Shown here piece after piece: positions 9,162-25,324 of a stretch of DNA of 64,000 nucleotides. The position numbers were made by a program, and so were the translations under genes. Below the pieces are notes generated by a model. It saw only the letters and a program-made list of their open reading frames with translations. It did not search any database and was not told where the DNA came from. This DNA is from Dokdonella sp. GTDB lineage: Bacteria > Pseudomonadota > Gammaproteobacteria > Xanthomonadales > Rhodanobacteraceae. The DNA is taken from assembly GCF_039926425.1 (NCBI RefSeq), contig NZ_JBDSWZ010000079.1, positions 82 to 64,081 on the forward strand. The letters run 5' to 3'. The first letter of the stretch is position 1, and the number at the start of each line of letters is the position of its first letter.

Positions 9162-9536
9162 TCAGCCACTGCCCATGATAGTTTTTTTTCTGTCCGGCTG
9201 CGAAGAATCCTGCGGAGAGCCTTCCTGCGCCGACGGCAGCGTGGACCTGGGCGACGCCGGACGCCAACGCCGGGAAAGATCGAGCAGGTGGCCGATCAGG
9301 GACGCGACCAGCGCCACCGCAATCCACGTCCACGACTGCCCGGTCAGAGCGGCACGCAACGCAAACAGCAGACAAGTGCCGGATGCGAGATTGATGAGCA
9401 GGTCAGTGAACGAGATCCCGCTCGACGTGCGCCGGAAGTAGAGGCCAAGTGCGAGCGCTTCCACCAGCATGACGGCAAGCACCAGATCGACGATTCGGCC
9501 GGAGCCGAAAAACGCGACCATGCTGTCTGCAGTCAT
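9162..9536 (-). CDS. Small membrane protein of unknown function (about 3 TM), PGC-associated
   Basis: Three hydrophobic segments; starts 3 nt after the tspO stop. Confidence 0.7.
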   Translation of the reverse strand: MTADSMVAFFGSGRIVDLVLAVMLVEALALGLYFRRTSSGISFTDLLINLASGTCLLFALRAALTGQSWTWIAVALVASLIGHLLDLSRRWRPASPRSTLPSAQEGSPQDSSQPDRKKTIMGSG

Positions 9537-9539
9537 GGG

Positions 9540-10037
9540 TCAACCGCCTGTGAAAGGTCCGTTGAGACGGATGATGGCGAGATTGAGGATCGACGCGAAA
9601 CTGACCCAGACGAGGTATGGCGTCAGCAACAGGCTCGAGGTGCGCGAGTAATTCCACATCAGCACCATCAGAGTGACGATCGACGACCACAGCAGAGACA
9701 CCTCGTACAACGCGAAATCCGGCCGGTGCATGCGGAAGAACAGCACGCTCCACACCACGTTGAGAACGACGTTGGCAGCGAACACGATCAGCATGCGGCG
9801 GCGGCTCGTCGCATCGGGAGCACGACGCCAGGCCAACAGTCCCGAGAGCGCGGCGAGTGCGAAGATCGTCGTCCAGACTGGACCGAACAGCCAGTCGGGC
9901 GGCTGCCACGACGGTTTTTGAAGTGCGTAGTACCACGCACTGAGATCAGTCGCGAGCGCGCCGAATCCGCTGGCGGCGGCAGCCGCCAGCAATGCGATCA
10001 CCACCGGCTTCCACCGCTGCCGTCCAGTCCGCGTCAT
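9540..10037 (-). CDS. tspO: TspO/MBR tryptophan-rich sensory protein
   Basis: WYYALQKPSWQPPDWLFGPVW and PYLVWVSFASILN motifs; overlaps the bchP stop. Confidence 0.95.
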   Translation of the reverse strand: MTRTGRQRWKPVVIALLAAAAASGFGALATDLSAWYYALQKPSWQPPDWLFGPVWTTIFALAALSGLLAWRRAPDATSRRRMLIVFAANVVLNVVWSVLFFRMHRPDFALYEVSLLWSSIVTLMVLMWNYSRTSSLLLTPYLVWVSFASILNLAIIRLNGPFTGG

Positions 10038-11242
10038 GCCGGAGCAAGGCCGAGAAGGTGAGCCAGATCCTTGAAGAAGATGCGCACATGCGCCATCGGC
10101 TTGCGGCGCACCAGTTCCTTGTTCATGTAGGCCTCGAAAGTGAGTTTCTGGACGTCTGGATCCTTGCAGATGCTGACGAAGCGCTCGCGCCGTCCTTCGC
10201 TGCTGTACCAGAAGCGCTGCATGATGCCGAGGACCCAGAACACCAGTCCGTGCAACTTCATGAATTTCTTGCGCGCGAGCTTCAGCGATCGCACGTCACC
10301 GGTCACCAGCAACGCCTCGACCGCCTGCGCCGCAAACTGTCCGCCGACCATCGCATAATAGATCCCCTCGCCGGATGCAGGCGCGACGACGCCCGCCGCG
10401 TCGCCCGCGAGCACCACGTCGCGTCCATTGTCCCAGCGGGGCAGCGGTTTCATCGGAATCGGTGCACCCTCGCGCCGAATCGTTTCGCCATCGAGCTGAC
10501 TTGCGCCGCGCAGCGCGCTGACCGCGGTTCGCAGCGAGAATCCCTTGCGCGCACTGCCGGTGCCGATGCTGGTGGTTGCGCCATGAGGAAAAACCCACGA
10601 GTAGAAATCGGGCGACAACTCGCCGCGATAGATGACATCGCAGCGCTGCGCATCGAATGCGGCATGAGGGACCGTCGGCGAACGGACGATCTCGTGATAG
10701 GCGAACACGTAACGCATGCGCTCGGCCCCCTTGATGGTCTGCTTTGCGACCTCGGATGTGGCGCCATCCGCGCCGATCACTGCACGGGCGCGCACGCTGT
10801 GCACGGCGCCGGCATCCGGGTCAGCGCCCGGACGGTAGTGGATTCGCGCGACACCATCGCCGTCGCGACTGAAGAGCTTGAAGGTTCCGCTGCGCAGATC
10901 TGCGCCACTCGCGACCGCGCGTTCGCGCAACCATGGGTCGAAGGCTTCGCGATCGACCATGCCGACGAATCCATTTTCGATCGGAATGTCCACATTTTCA
11001 GATTTTGGTGAAATCATCCTCGCGGAGGTGATCTTCGCCACCAGAAGATCATCGGGAATCCCGAAGTCGCGGATCAGACGCGGCGGAATCGCGCCACCAC
11101 ACGGCTTGGTGCGACCGGAGCGGTCAAGCAGCAACACCGATCGACCGCCTTGAGCCAGTTCATGCGCCGCCGTCGCGCCTGCCGGGCCGCCACCCACGAC
11201 GACGACGTCGAAGATCTCCGTACCATCCGATGCACGATTCAT
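10034..11242 (-). CDS. bchP: Geranylgeranyl-bacteriochlorophyllide reductase
   Basis: VVGGGPAG, KPCGGAIP, GEGIYYA; start at MNRASDG, with ATGA overlap to the upstream gene's stop. Confidence 0.95.
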   Translation of the reverse strand: MNRASDGTEIFDVVVVGGGPAGATAAHELAQGGRSVLLLDRSGRTKPCGGAIPPRLIRDFGIPDDLLVAKITSARMISPKSENVDIPIENGFVGMVDREAFDPWLRERAVASGADLRSGTFKLFSRDGDGVARIHYRPGADPDAGAVHSVRARAVIGADGATSEVAKQTIKGAERMRYVFAYHEIVRSPTVPHAAFDAQRCDVIYRGELSPDFYSWVFPHGATTSIGTGSARKGFSLRTAVSALRGASQLDGETIRREGAPIPMKPLPRWDNGRDVVLAGDAAGVVAPASGEGIYYAMVGGQFAAQAVEALLVTGDVRSLKLARKKFMKLHGLVFWVLGIMQRFWYSSEGRRERFVSICKDPDVQKLTFEAYMNKELVRRKPMAHVRIFFKDLAHLLGLAPA

Positions 11243-12603
11243 GTTGCTGTCTCCCGTGATGCCGATGCGGCCGTGATGGCGGGCCGCGACTGTGCTGTCC
11301 TGTCCGTTTCCGACGCGCCGATGCCGGCGGCAAGTCGCGCCGCCGCGAGGAAGAGCAACGCCTCTGCAGCGAACACCAGACCGTTGGCGCTTCCCGGCGA
11401 GGCGACGAACAATCGCGCGAGGTCGCTGCCCGCAGCTCCGAGGAATCCGCCGAGTCCGAATGCGACGGCCTGCGCCGCGCCCCACAGTCCCATGCGCACT
11501 CCTTCGCGCGACCCGCGCCCACTACCGGCGAAACTCATCATCGAACCGATGGCCGCCACGGCAAACGCTCCGTTCGCGACGCCGAGCACGAAGACGTTCG
11601 GCGTGAGCGGCCATGACTGGCCGATCGATCCACCAATCGACAGCAGAACCAGCGCAAGCGCCGACGCGACGCAACCCAGCACTGTCCAGGTGCGCAACGA
11701 ACCGATCCACGACCCCCGCAGCGCAGCGCACGCGAGGTTGACCAGCAACATTCCGACCAGCACGCCGCCGTGCTGCACACCGGACAGCTGCGTGGATTGA
11801 CCCGGGGTCATCGAGAAGACAGACCCTGCGAACGGTTCGAGAATCAGTTCCTGGCCGCTGTAGGCCAGCATCGACACGAACACGAACACGGTGAACCGAC
11901 GTGCCTGCGGTTCGCCCCACACCTGCGCGAGCGCTTCCAGAAAGGGCGGCTTCGCCGTTGCACCGTCGGAGCCCGCGGACATGGGCGTTTCACCGCCTGC
12001 ACCGCGGCCTTCGAGACCGGCGACAGCGACAAGCGTCAGTGCCAACGCAATCGCAGAGACCGCCGCGGTGAGCTCGACGAGCCGGACCGCCGAATAAGGA
12101 TCCAGCAACTTTCCGACGATGATCGTCGTGATCACGAACCCGGCGATCATCATCAGCCACACGGCGGTGGCTGCCGCGGCGCGGCGCGGCGCGTCCACCC
12201 GCTTCGCCAGCAGGACCAGCAATGAGGTCCCCGCCGCACCGACGCCGGCGCCAATCAGCACGAATCCGCCGAACGCAGCGACGATTCCTCCGACCCGCGA
12301 TGTTTCCATCCATGCGATCGCGAGCGCTGCGAGCACTGCACCCGCGCCGAGCGTCGCGATGCCGCCGATGATCCACGGCGTGCGCCGCCCACCAATGTCG
12401 GAGCCGAAACCGAATCGCGGCCGCAGGATCTGCACCGCGTAGTGCAAGCCGACCAGTGCGCCTGGGAGGATCGCCGGCAGCGCCAGCTCGACAACCATGA
12501 CACGGTTCATCGTCGAGGTCGCGAGGACCACGATGGAACCCAGTGCCGCCTGGACGAGCCCGAGGCGCGCGATCGCTGACCAGCCGAACAAGGCCGCCTT
12601 CAT
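11239..12603 (-). CDS. pucC: PucC/BCD-family MFS protein (bch2)
   Basis: RLGLVQAALG, STMNRVMVVEL, ILEPFAG and GLWGAAQA motifs; lies between bchG and bchP with overlapping stop/start codons. Confidence 0.88.
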   Translation of the reverse strand: MKAALFGWSAIARLGLVQAALGSIVVLATSTMNRVMVVELALPAILPGALVGLHYAVQILRPRFGFGSDIGGRRTPWIIGGIATLGAGAVLAALAIAWMETSRVGGIVAAFGGFVLIGAGVGAAGTSLLVLLAKRVDAPRRAAAATAVWLMMIAGFVITTIIVGKLLDPYSAVRLVELTAAVSAIALALTLVAVAGLEGRGAGGETPMSAGSDGATAKPPFLEALAQVWGEPQARRFTVFVFVSMLAYSGQELILEPFAGSVFSMTPGQSTQLSGVQHGGVLVGMLLVNLACAALRGSWIGSLRTWTVLGCVASALALVLLSIGGSIGQSWPLTPNVFVLGVANGAFAVAAIGSMMSFAGSGRGSREGVRMGLWGAAQAVAFGLGGFLGAAGSDLARLFVASPGSANGLVFAAEALLFLAAARLAAGIGASETDRTAQSRPAITAASASRETAT

Positions 12604-13487
12604 GCGCCCGCTCCGGTCAGGCTGCGCAGTGCGAACGCGCTCACCATCATGCCGCTGACGAACAGCGGAACGCCAAACCCGCTGTACCACAGTGCGCGAT
12701 CGACCGCGCTGCGCGTGAAGCGCTCCATCATCAGCACCTGCGCAATCAGCAGTCCGCCGACGACCAGTGCCTGCACAGGGCGATCCCATGCAGCGAGAAG
12801 GACGATCACCATCACCTGCGAAAGCGTCATGATCAGCGCCGCCGCGTAGGCCGCGCCATCGATACCGAGCTGCACCGGCAGCGATGCGATGCCCATCGCG
12901 CGATCGCCCGCGATGGCCTTGAAATCATTGAGCGTCATGATCCCATGCGCGCCGATGCTGTAGAGACCGGCCAACGCGAACGAGCGAACATCGGGCATCG
13001 CGCCGCCCACCATCACTGCGGCGCCGGTCAGCCAGGCGAGGCCTTCATAACTGAAGGAGCATGCCGTATTGCCAAACCAGCCGTTGCGCTTGAGGCGAAA
13101 CGGCGGTGCGCTGTACGCCCACGCGAGCACGAGGCCAAGCGCAGCGGCGGCAAATCCCCAAGGACCGAGCTGCGTTGCGACGAGCAACGACAGCAGAGTC
13201 CAACCAATGCCGATGTACAGCCCCCATCGTCCCGGAATTCGTCCGGAAGGAATCGGCCGCTGCGGTTCGTTGATTGCATCGACCTCGCGGTCGAACCAGT
13301 CGTTGACTGCCTGGCTCGTTGCGCACACCAGCGGTCCGGCCAGGACGATCCCCAGAACGATCACGCCCCAGCGTCCGTGCCCCGGCATCCCCGAGGCCAC
13401 CGCTCCGCACGCAAACGCCCACATCGGCGGAAACCAGGTGATCGGCTTCAGGAGTTCAGCGACGGCCGAAAGGGCGACCCGTGGCAT
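12600..13487 (-). CDS. bchG: Bacteriochlorophyll a synthase
   Basis: LLKPITWFPPMWAF, NDWFDREVDAINEPQRPIPSGR and LNDFK UbiA-family motifs. Confidence 0.96.
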   Translation of the reverse strand: MPRVALSAVAELLKPITWFPPMWAFACGAVASGMPGHGRWGVIVLGIVLAGPLVCATSQAVNDWFDREVDAINEPQRPIPSGRIPGRWGLYIGIGWTLLSLLVATQLGPWGFAAAALGLVLAWAYSAPPFRLKRNGWFGNTACSFSYEGLAWLTGAAVMVGGAMPDVRSFALAGLYSIGAHGIMTLNDFKAIAGDRAMGIASLPVQLGIDGAAYAAALIMTLSQVMVIVLLAAWDRPVQALVVGGLLIAQVLMMERFTRSAVDRALWYSGFGVPLFVSGMMVSAFALRSLTGAGA

Positions 13488-13539
13488 GCATTTTCCAGAC
13501 GAATCGGACGCCCCGAGCGTTGCACATGACGCGTCAATG

Positions 13540-13557
13540 TGTCCAGCATTCGTGACA
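13540..13557. promoter_or_regulatory. PpsR operator upstream of bchG
   Basis: Perfect TGTCCAGCATTCGTGACA (TGT-N12-ACA), 52 bp upstream of the bchG start. Confidence 0.85.
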
Positions 13558-13639
13558 CTTTTCAGCGCCGCGTTTGCCGGTGCGAAGATGCGGCCATGGG
13601 CAACGGTGCGACCCGCGCTTCAAGCGGCGCGACCATCAC

Positions 13640-13801
13640 CTATCGATCGCCTGGCGAATCCTCGCAACCGCCTTGTTTCCCGGGCGTTTCCTGGCTTGAC
13701 GGGTTTCGTGGTGCGCGTGTCGTGACGTAGGCCTCGACGCCGAATCCGATAAGAACAAGGAGCAGGACCCAATCGAGGATCGGAACTCCTGCAAAGGTCA
13801 T
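13640..13801 (-). CDS. Putative 53-aa single-TM small protein downstream of ppsR
   Basis: MTFAGVPILDWVLLLVLIGFGVEAYVTTRAP...; ATG is 2 nt after the ppsR stop. Confidence 0.45.
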   Translation of the reverse strand: MTFAGVPILDWVLLLVLIGFGVEAYVTTRAPRNPSSQETPGKQGGCEDSPGDR

Positions 13802-13803
13802 GC

Positions 13804-15285
13804 TCACGTTTCGGCGTCGTCGGACTCGCCTGTCGCATCGCCAAGACCGTAGCGTCTCAGCTTTACGTAGAGGCTCTGCCGGCTGAGACCAAGCACCTCC
13901 GCTGCTGATGCGCGATTGTCGCGCGTCAATTGCAACGCCGCCTCGATGCACAGCTTTTCGACCAGATCGGTGGCGTCGCGGACCAGTTCCTTCAGCGGAA
14001 CGCGACCGACCAGCTCGGTCAGCTGCGCGACTGAGCGCGGCTGGTCTGCGACGTGGCCCGTTGCGTCGGACGCAATGCGCCGACCAACATCGCGGATGTT
14101 GAATCCCATGCACGGCGGATCGGCCGCTGGCATTGCGACACCGGAGACCTCGACCTCGGCAACGGCGCCGTGCTCGCCGGTCAGCGTCGTGGCGAAGAGT
14201 CGAATCGTGCCGTGTTGGCGCAAGTTGGCCATCAGCACGCTGAAATCGACGCGCGAGCGACCGATCCAGCGATCCAGTGATTCACCGCGCGCCAGCGCGT
14301 CCGATGGCATCTGCGACAGATCGAGGAACGCGCGGTTCGTGGCGACGACGCGCCCGTCGATGTCGGTCACCGCAAACGCATCCGCGGAAAACTCCAGCGC
14401 GCGAAGCACGGTTTTCGGCAACTGCGCAGGCCCCATTTCAATCCGCGGCAGCGCAATGCGCAAAAGATAGAGCGCGTCGTTGCCCTGGCGCAGATAGAAC
14501 GACGACACCAGGTATTCGCGCCTGTCGATGCCGAGTCGGATCGAAATGTCGTCGGTGCGGCCTGTGGCCCGCGCGCCCGCCACGAGAGTCTGCATGACTT
14601 GTGCGTTTTCGACACCGAGGCACTCGAAGACCGTCTTGCCGATCACGCGTTTGGCGGAATCGCCCAGCAGCTCCGCGACGGCTGGATTGGCCTCCACGAC
14701 CTTGTCGGTGGCCGCATCGACGATGAGGATCGCCTCGGCCGAAATCTGGAACAGCATGCGGTAGCGCGTTTCGACGTTCCGCAAACGCCAGTAATCGCGT
14801 TCCATCGACTGCTGCGCGTCCATCAGACGCTGCTGCAGCCCGGTCATTTCGCGCATATCGCGGCCGAACGCGACGATCTGCCCATCGCGACCTGCGCGCA
14901 CTGCGGAATACAGCACCGGCACGTCGCCGCCGCGCGACGAATTGTGATTGACGTAGCGCCACTTGTGATCGCCGGGATCAGCGGCGTCGCGCAGCAGAGC
15001 CTCGACTTTGGACCGGCTGTCCGGGGTCACGGTTTCGATCCAGGGCTGACCGATCCACTTTCGGTAGCCCTCCCTCGCCATGTCTTCGCTGCCAAAACTC
15101 ACATCGACGACAGTGCCGTCGGCATCGAGGATCAGCGAGAGGTCGGCGGCGGCGGTGACGAGTGCCGCAACGCCCGTCGCGTCGAGCCCGCCCAGCCAGC
15201 TGCCGGGACTCGGGACCTGCTTCACGCGCGGAGCTCGTATCGAAGCATTGACCTTCGCGACCTCAATCATCGGTTTCCGAGCCAT
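13804..15285 (-). CDS. ppsR: PpsR/CrtJ transcriptional repressor (full length)
   Basis: N-PAS, Q-linker, PAS1, PAS2 and Fis-type HTH (VEKLCIEAALQLTRDNRASAAEVLGLSRQSLYVKLRRYGL) with the redox Cys; start approximate. Confidence 0.93.
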   Translation of the reverse strand: MARKPMIEVAKVNASIRAPRVKQVPSPGSWLGGLDATGVAALVTAAADLSLILDADGTVVDVSFGSEDMAREGYRKWIGQPWIETVTPDSRSKVEALLRDAADPGDHKWRYVNHNSSRGGDVPVLYSAVRAGRDGQIVAFGRDMREMTGLQQRLMDAQQSMERDYWRLRNVETRYRMLFQISAEAILIVDAATDKVVEANPAVAELLGDSAKRVIGKTVFECLGVENAQVMQTLVAGARATGRTDDISIRLGIDRREYLVSSFYLRQGNDALYLLRIALPRIEMGPAQLPKTVLRALEFSADAFAVTDIDGRVVATNRAFLDLSQMPSDALARGESLDRWIGRSRVDFSVLMANLRQHGTIRLFATTLTGEHGAVAEVEVSGVAMPAADPPCMGFNIRDVGRRIASDATGHVADQPRSVAQLTELVGRVPLKELVRDATDLVEKLCIEAALQLTRDNRASAAEVLGLSRQSLYVKLRRYGLGDATGESDDAET

Positions 15286-15302
15286 GACCCCATATCCAGA
15301 TC

Positions 15303-16253
15303 CTACGGTTGTCGTTCGGCACCATTTCCCTGGCCGTCGCGACGTGCGGCAAGCGATTCGGCCCTGGCGAGTGTATCGCGAGGATCGCCTGTACACCCAT
15401 CGGCACCGATGCCTGCACCCCGTTCCGGATGGGCGCCAAACGCCGGGCCGCTGACCGTGACGCCGACCGCTCCGTTGAGGGAGGTGCGCCGCATCTCCGC
15501 GATGTCCGCCGACAACTGCGGCAAACGTCCGGAGCAACTCGACGCGACATCGATCACGTCGAACCACTGTGTTTGCAGGATCTGCGCAAGCTGTGGGCGC
15601 GACGACGGAAGGGTGCGCCAGACGTGCCATCCGGCACGATAGAAGAACTCCGCGGTCATGCAGCGGTAGAACTCCGTCACCATGAAGACGCCCAGCATGT
15701 TCTGTTCGCACGGCGCAGAAAGGACCAGGGCCCTGCGACCGCACGCGGTCGCCTGCATCGCGAGCGGCGTATTCGCACTCAGCGAATGCAGCACATGCTT
15801 CAGGTTGAGCATGCCGAGCGCGACTTCCTCGAAGTGGCAGACGTCGGCCTGCCAGCGCTCCAGGATCAGGTTCGCCGTCGGCATGAGCAGTTCGAGGTAG
15901 AGCGCCTGTGGCGTCGTCGCGTCGGACAGCCGCGCCGAAACCCAGTCCCACACTGAGGACGCACGCTGAGTCGAGACCAGTGCGCTGAACTCCAGCACGT
16001 CCGGACGTCCAGGAGACCACGATGACTCGACCATCGGCGTCGACGATCGATAGGCGACCATCAGCCGGGGTATGACTTCCATCTCGACCGCGCGACCGAG
16101 ATCTCCAGTCCCCAATGTCGAGCCGGACGCGCCGCGCGAGCGGCCATCCTCGCGATGCGGTTCGGTTTTTCCAGAACCCGTCTTCAGCGAACGGCGGGTC
16201 GAGTTGCGCCATGCGCCAGGGCGCGTCACACGGTCAGGCGTCAAGCCGTTCAT
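15303..16253 (-). CDS. aerR: AerR/PpaA-family antirepressor (cobalamin-binding fold, atypical)
   Basis: EMEVIPRL, LYLELLMPTA, WQADVCHFEEV, AGW and FDVIDVASSC motifs; canonical position between ppsR and bchF; GGAGG RBS. Confidence 0.88.
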   Translation of the reverse strand: MNGLTPDRVTRPGAWRNSTRRSLKTGSGKTEPHREDGRSRGASGSTLGTGDLGRAVEMEVIPRLMVAYRSSTPMVESSWSPGRPDVLEFSALVSTQRASSVWDWVSARLSDATTPQALYLELLMPTANLILERWQADVCHFEEVALGMLNLKHVLHSLSANTPLAMQATACGRRALVLSAPCEQNMLGVFMVTEFYRCMTAEFFYRAGWHVWRTLPSSRPQLAQILQTQWFDVIDVASSCSGRLPQLSADIAEMRRTSLNGAVGVTVSGPAFGAHPERGAGIGADGCTGDPRDTLARAESLAARRDGQGNGAERQP

Positions 16254-16485
16254 TTGGTTTCCTCCCCCAAATACACGGTGCGGATGTTCTTCGACGCTGC
16301 ACTGGGTCGGTTTCCTGGAACAACAAGGACGCCGGCCAATCGCTGTTGGAGACCTTTTTTAAGGCCTTTTTGAAACGTCGAACCCTTGGCCCTTCGAGCA
16401 AAGTCAATCTGGCGGGCTGCGACGGATCGTCCCACCGGCCGCGCGACTCGTCAAACCCTTTTCCGCACATCCGACACTTTTTCGG

Positions 16486-16542
16486 TGTAAGGAAACTTAG
16501 ACGTCGCATTTAGTTGACAGTCAGAAACCGCGGGTCTAGATT
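16486..16542 (+). promoter_or_regulatory. bchF promoter overlapped by two near-consensus PpsR boxes
   Basis: TTGACA (16514-16519), 17 nt, TAGATT (16537-16542); TGTAAGGAAACTTAGACG (16486-16503) and CGTCGCATTTAGTTGACA (16502-16519). Confidence 0.75.
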
Positions 16543-16577
16543 CCGAACGGTCAACGACGAGCGGCGGATGCGAAGAA

Positions 16578-18385
<1,808 letters not shown>

Positions 18386-18386
18386 C

Positions 18387-19956
18387 GTGCAACTGACGCT
18401 CTGGACCTACGAAGGCCCGCCGCATGTCGGAGCAATGCGAATCGCCACCGCGATGCGCGAGGTGCATTACGTCCTGCACGCACCGCAGGGTGATACCTAC
18501 GCCGATTTGCTCTTCACGATGATCGAGCGCCGCGACCAGCGGCCGCCGGTGACCTATACGACGTTCCAGGCGCGCGATCTGGGCGGCGATACGGCGGAGC
18601 TGTTCAAGGACGCAGCGCGCGACGCGTATGAACGATTCAAGCCGAAGGCGATGCTGGTTGGCGCGTCGTGTACCGCCGAGCTGATCCAAGACGATCCGGG
18701 TGGACTCGCGCGCGCACTGGAGTTGCCGATTCCAGTCGTCGCCCTCGAGTTGCCGTCGTATCAGCGCAAAGAAAACTGGGGTGCTTCCGAGACGTTTTAC
18801 CAGCTCGTGCGAGCGTGCGCCGGACCCACGGCACCACCGCCGGGCACTGCGCGACAGGCGCGTCCCGACGGGCAGCGCCCGCGCTGCAACGTGCTCGGAC
18901 CCACCGCGCTTGGTTTCCGCCATCGCGACGACGTGCAGGAAATCACCGCGCTGCTCGGGCGGATCGGCGTCGACGTGAATGTTTCCGCGCCGATGAACGC
19001 GACGCCTGCCGACCTCGTCCGTCTGGGCGACGCCGATTTCAATGTCGTGCTGTATCCGGAAATCGCCGCCCAGGCCGCCGGCTGGCTGCAACGCATGTTC
19101 GGCCAACCGATGACCAAGACGGTTCCGATCGGCGTCGGCGCGACGCGTGAGTTCATCGACGAGGTCATCGCGCTCGCCGGTCTGGATCCGGCGCTGCTTC
19201 CATCCGAACTCACTGCACGTGCGGTCTGGTACTCGCGCTCCGTCGATTCGACCTACCTCACCAACAAGCGCGTGTTCGTGTTTGGCGACGCTACCCATGC
19301 GGTCGCCGCAGCACGCGTCGCCAGCGAAGAGCTTGGCTTCCAGGTCGTCGGCATCGGCACCTACAGCCGCGAATTCGCACGCGAGGTTCGCGAAGCCGCG
19401 CAGCGTTACGGCGTGGAAGCCCTGATCACCGATGACTACCTCGAAGTCGAGGCGCGCGTTGCCCAATTGCAACCGGAACTGGTGCTCGGCACACAAATGG
19501 AACGCCATATCGCCAAGCGCCTCGGCATTCCCTGCGCAGTGATCTCGGCGCCGGTGCATGTACAGGACTACCCCGCACGCTACTCGCCGCAGATGGGGTT
19601 CGAAGGCGCCAACGTGCTGTTCGACACCTGGGTGCATCCACTGATGATGGGGCTGGAAGAACATCTGATCACGATGTTCCGCGACGACTTCGAATTTCAC
19701 GCCGACGCGGCGCCGTCGCACCTCGGCGGCGCTGCCAGCGAGAAGCGGCCCGATGTCGCGACGGTCGACACGCCGGTCCTCGCAAGCCCGGTTGTTGCAG
19801 GCGCTGCCGCGGTGCTGGCGGCTCCGTCGTGGGCCGTGGAAGCGGAAAACGAACTTCGGAAAATTCCTTTTTTCGTGCGCGGAAAGGCGCGCCGCAACAC
19901 CGAGCGTTTCGCGCTCGAACGCGGCGTCAAGACAATCACCGTGGAGGCTTTGTACG

Positions 19957-19982
<26 letters not shown>
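18387..19982 (+). CDS. bchB: Dark-operative protochlorophyllide reductase subunit B
   Basis: [26 protein letters not shown]-terminal PCP_red domain ([15 protein letters not shown]). Confidence 0.96.
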
Positions 19983-24622
<4,640 letters not shown>

Positions 24623-24623
<1 letters not shown>

Positions 24624-25324
24624 TGAGCCACGACAGCTACGTCGCGCGTCGCGGCCAGCTCGAAACCTATTTCGACCGCACCGCAGCGGACGCGTGGGCG
24701 CGGCTGACATCGACTGCCAAAGTCAGCCGGATCCGTGAAACCGTTCGCGCGGGTCGCGACCGCATGCGTGCGACGTTGCTCAGCCGGCTCCCCGATGACC
24801 TCACCGGCGCACGCGTACTCGATGCCGGCTGCGGTACGGGCGCATTGGCGGTCGAAGCGGCACGTCGTGGTGCCGAGGTGGTCGCGATCGATTTGTCGCC
24901 GACGCTGGTCAAGCTCGCCGCCGAGCGCCTGCCCACCGACCTCGGCCGCGGGCGGATCGAGCTGCATGTCGGCGACATGCTCGATTCCAGGCTCGGTGAA
25001 TTCGATCACGTCGTCGGTATGGATTCGCTGATCCACTACCGTGCCGGCGACATGGTCGATGCAGTGCAGTCGCTGATTGCGCGGACGCGCACCAGCCTGC
25101 AGTTCACGTTCGCACCGCGCACGCCGTTGCTCACCGTGATGCACAACGTCGGCAAGCTGTTTCCACGCGGCGACCGCGCGCCGGCCATCGAACCGGTATC
25201 GGAATCGACGCTGCGTCGACTGATTGGCACACGTCCTGCGCTGACGATGTGGACAATCGGTCAGACCACGCGCATCAAGAGCGGCTTCTATACCTCGCAG
25301 GCACTGGAGCTGGTGCGCCGATGA
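24623..25324 (+). CDS. bchM: Mg-protoporphyrin IX methyltransferase
   Basis: YFDRTAADAWARLTS, VLDAGCGTG, MDSLIHY; start at MSHDSY. Confidence 0.95.

Noticed and set aside
13514-13531. Second PpsR box 8 bp from the bchG operator (CGA-N12-ACG)
   Set aside because: It has three mismatches; the spacing is suggestive but the match is too weak to call.
15286-16212. Apparent 802-aa PpsR with a long N-terminal extension
   Set aside because: The extension is an alternative frame over aerR; PpsR homology starts near 15285.
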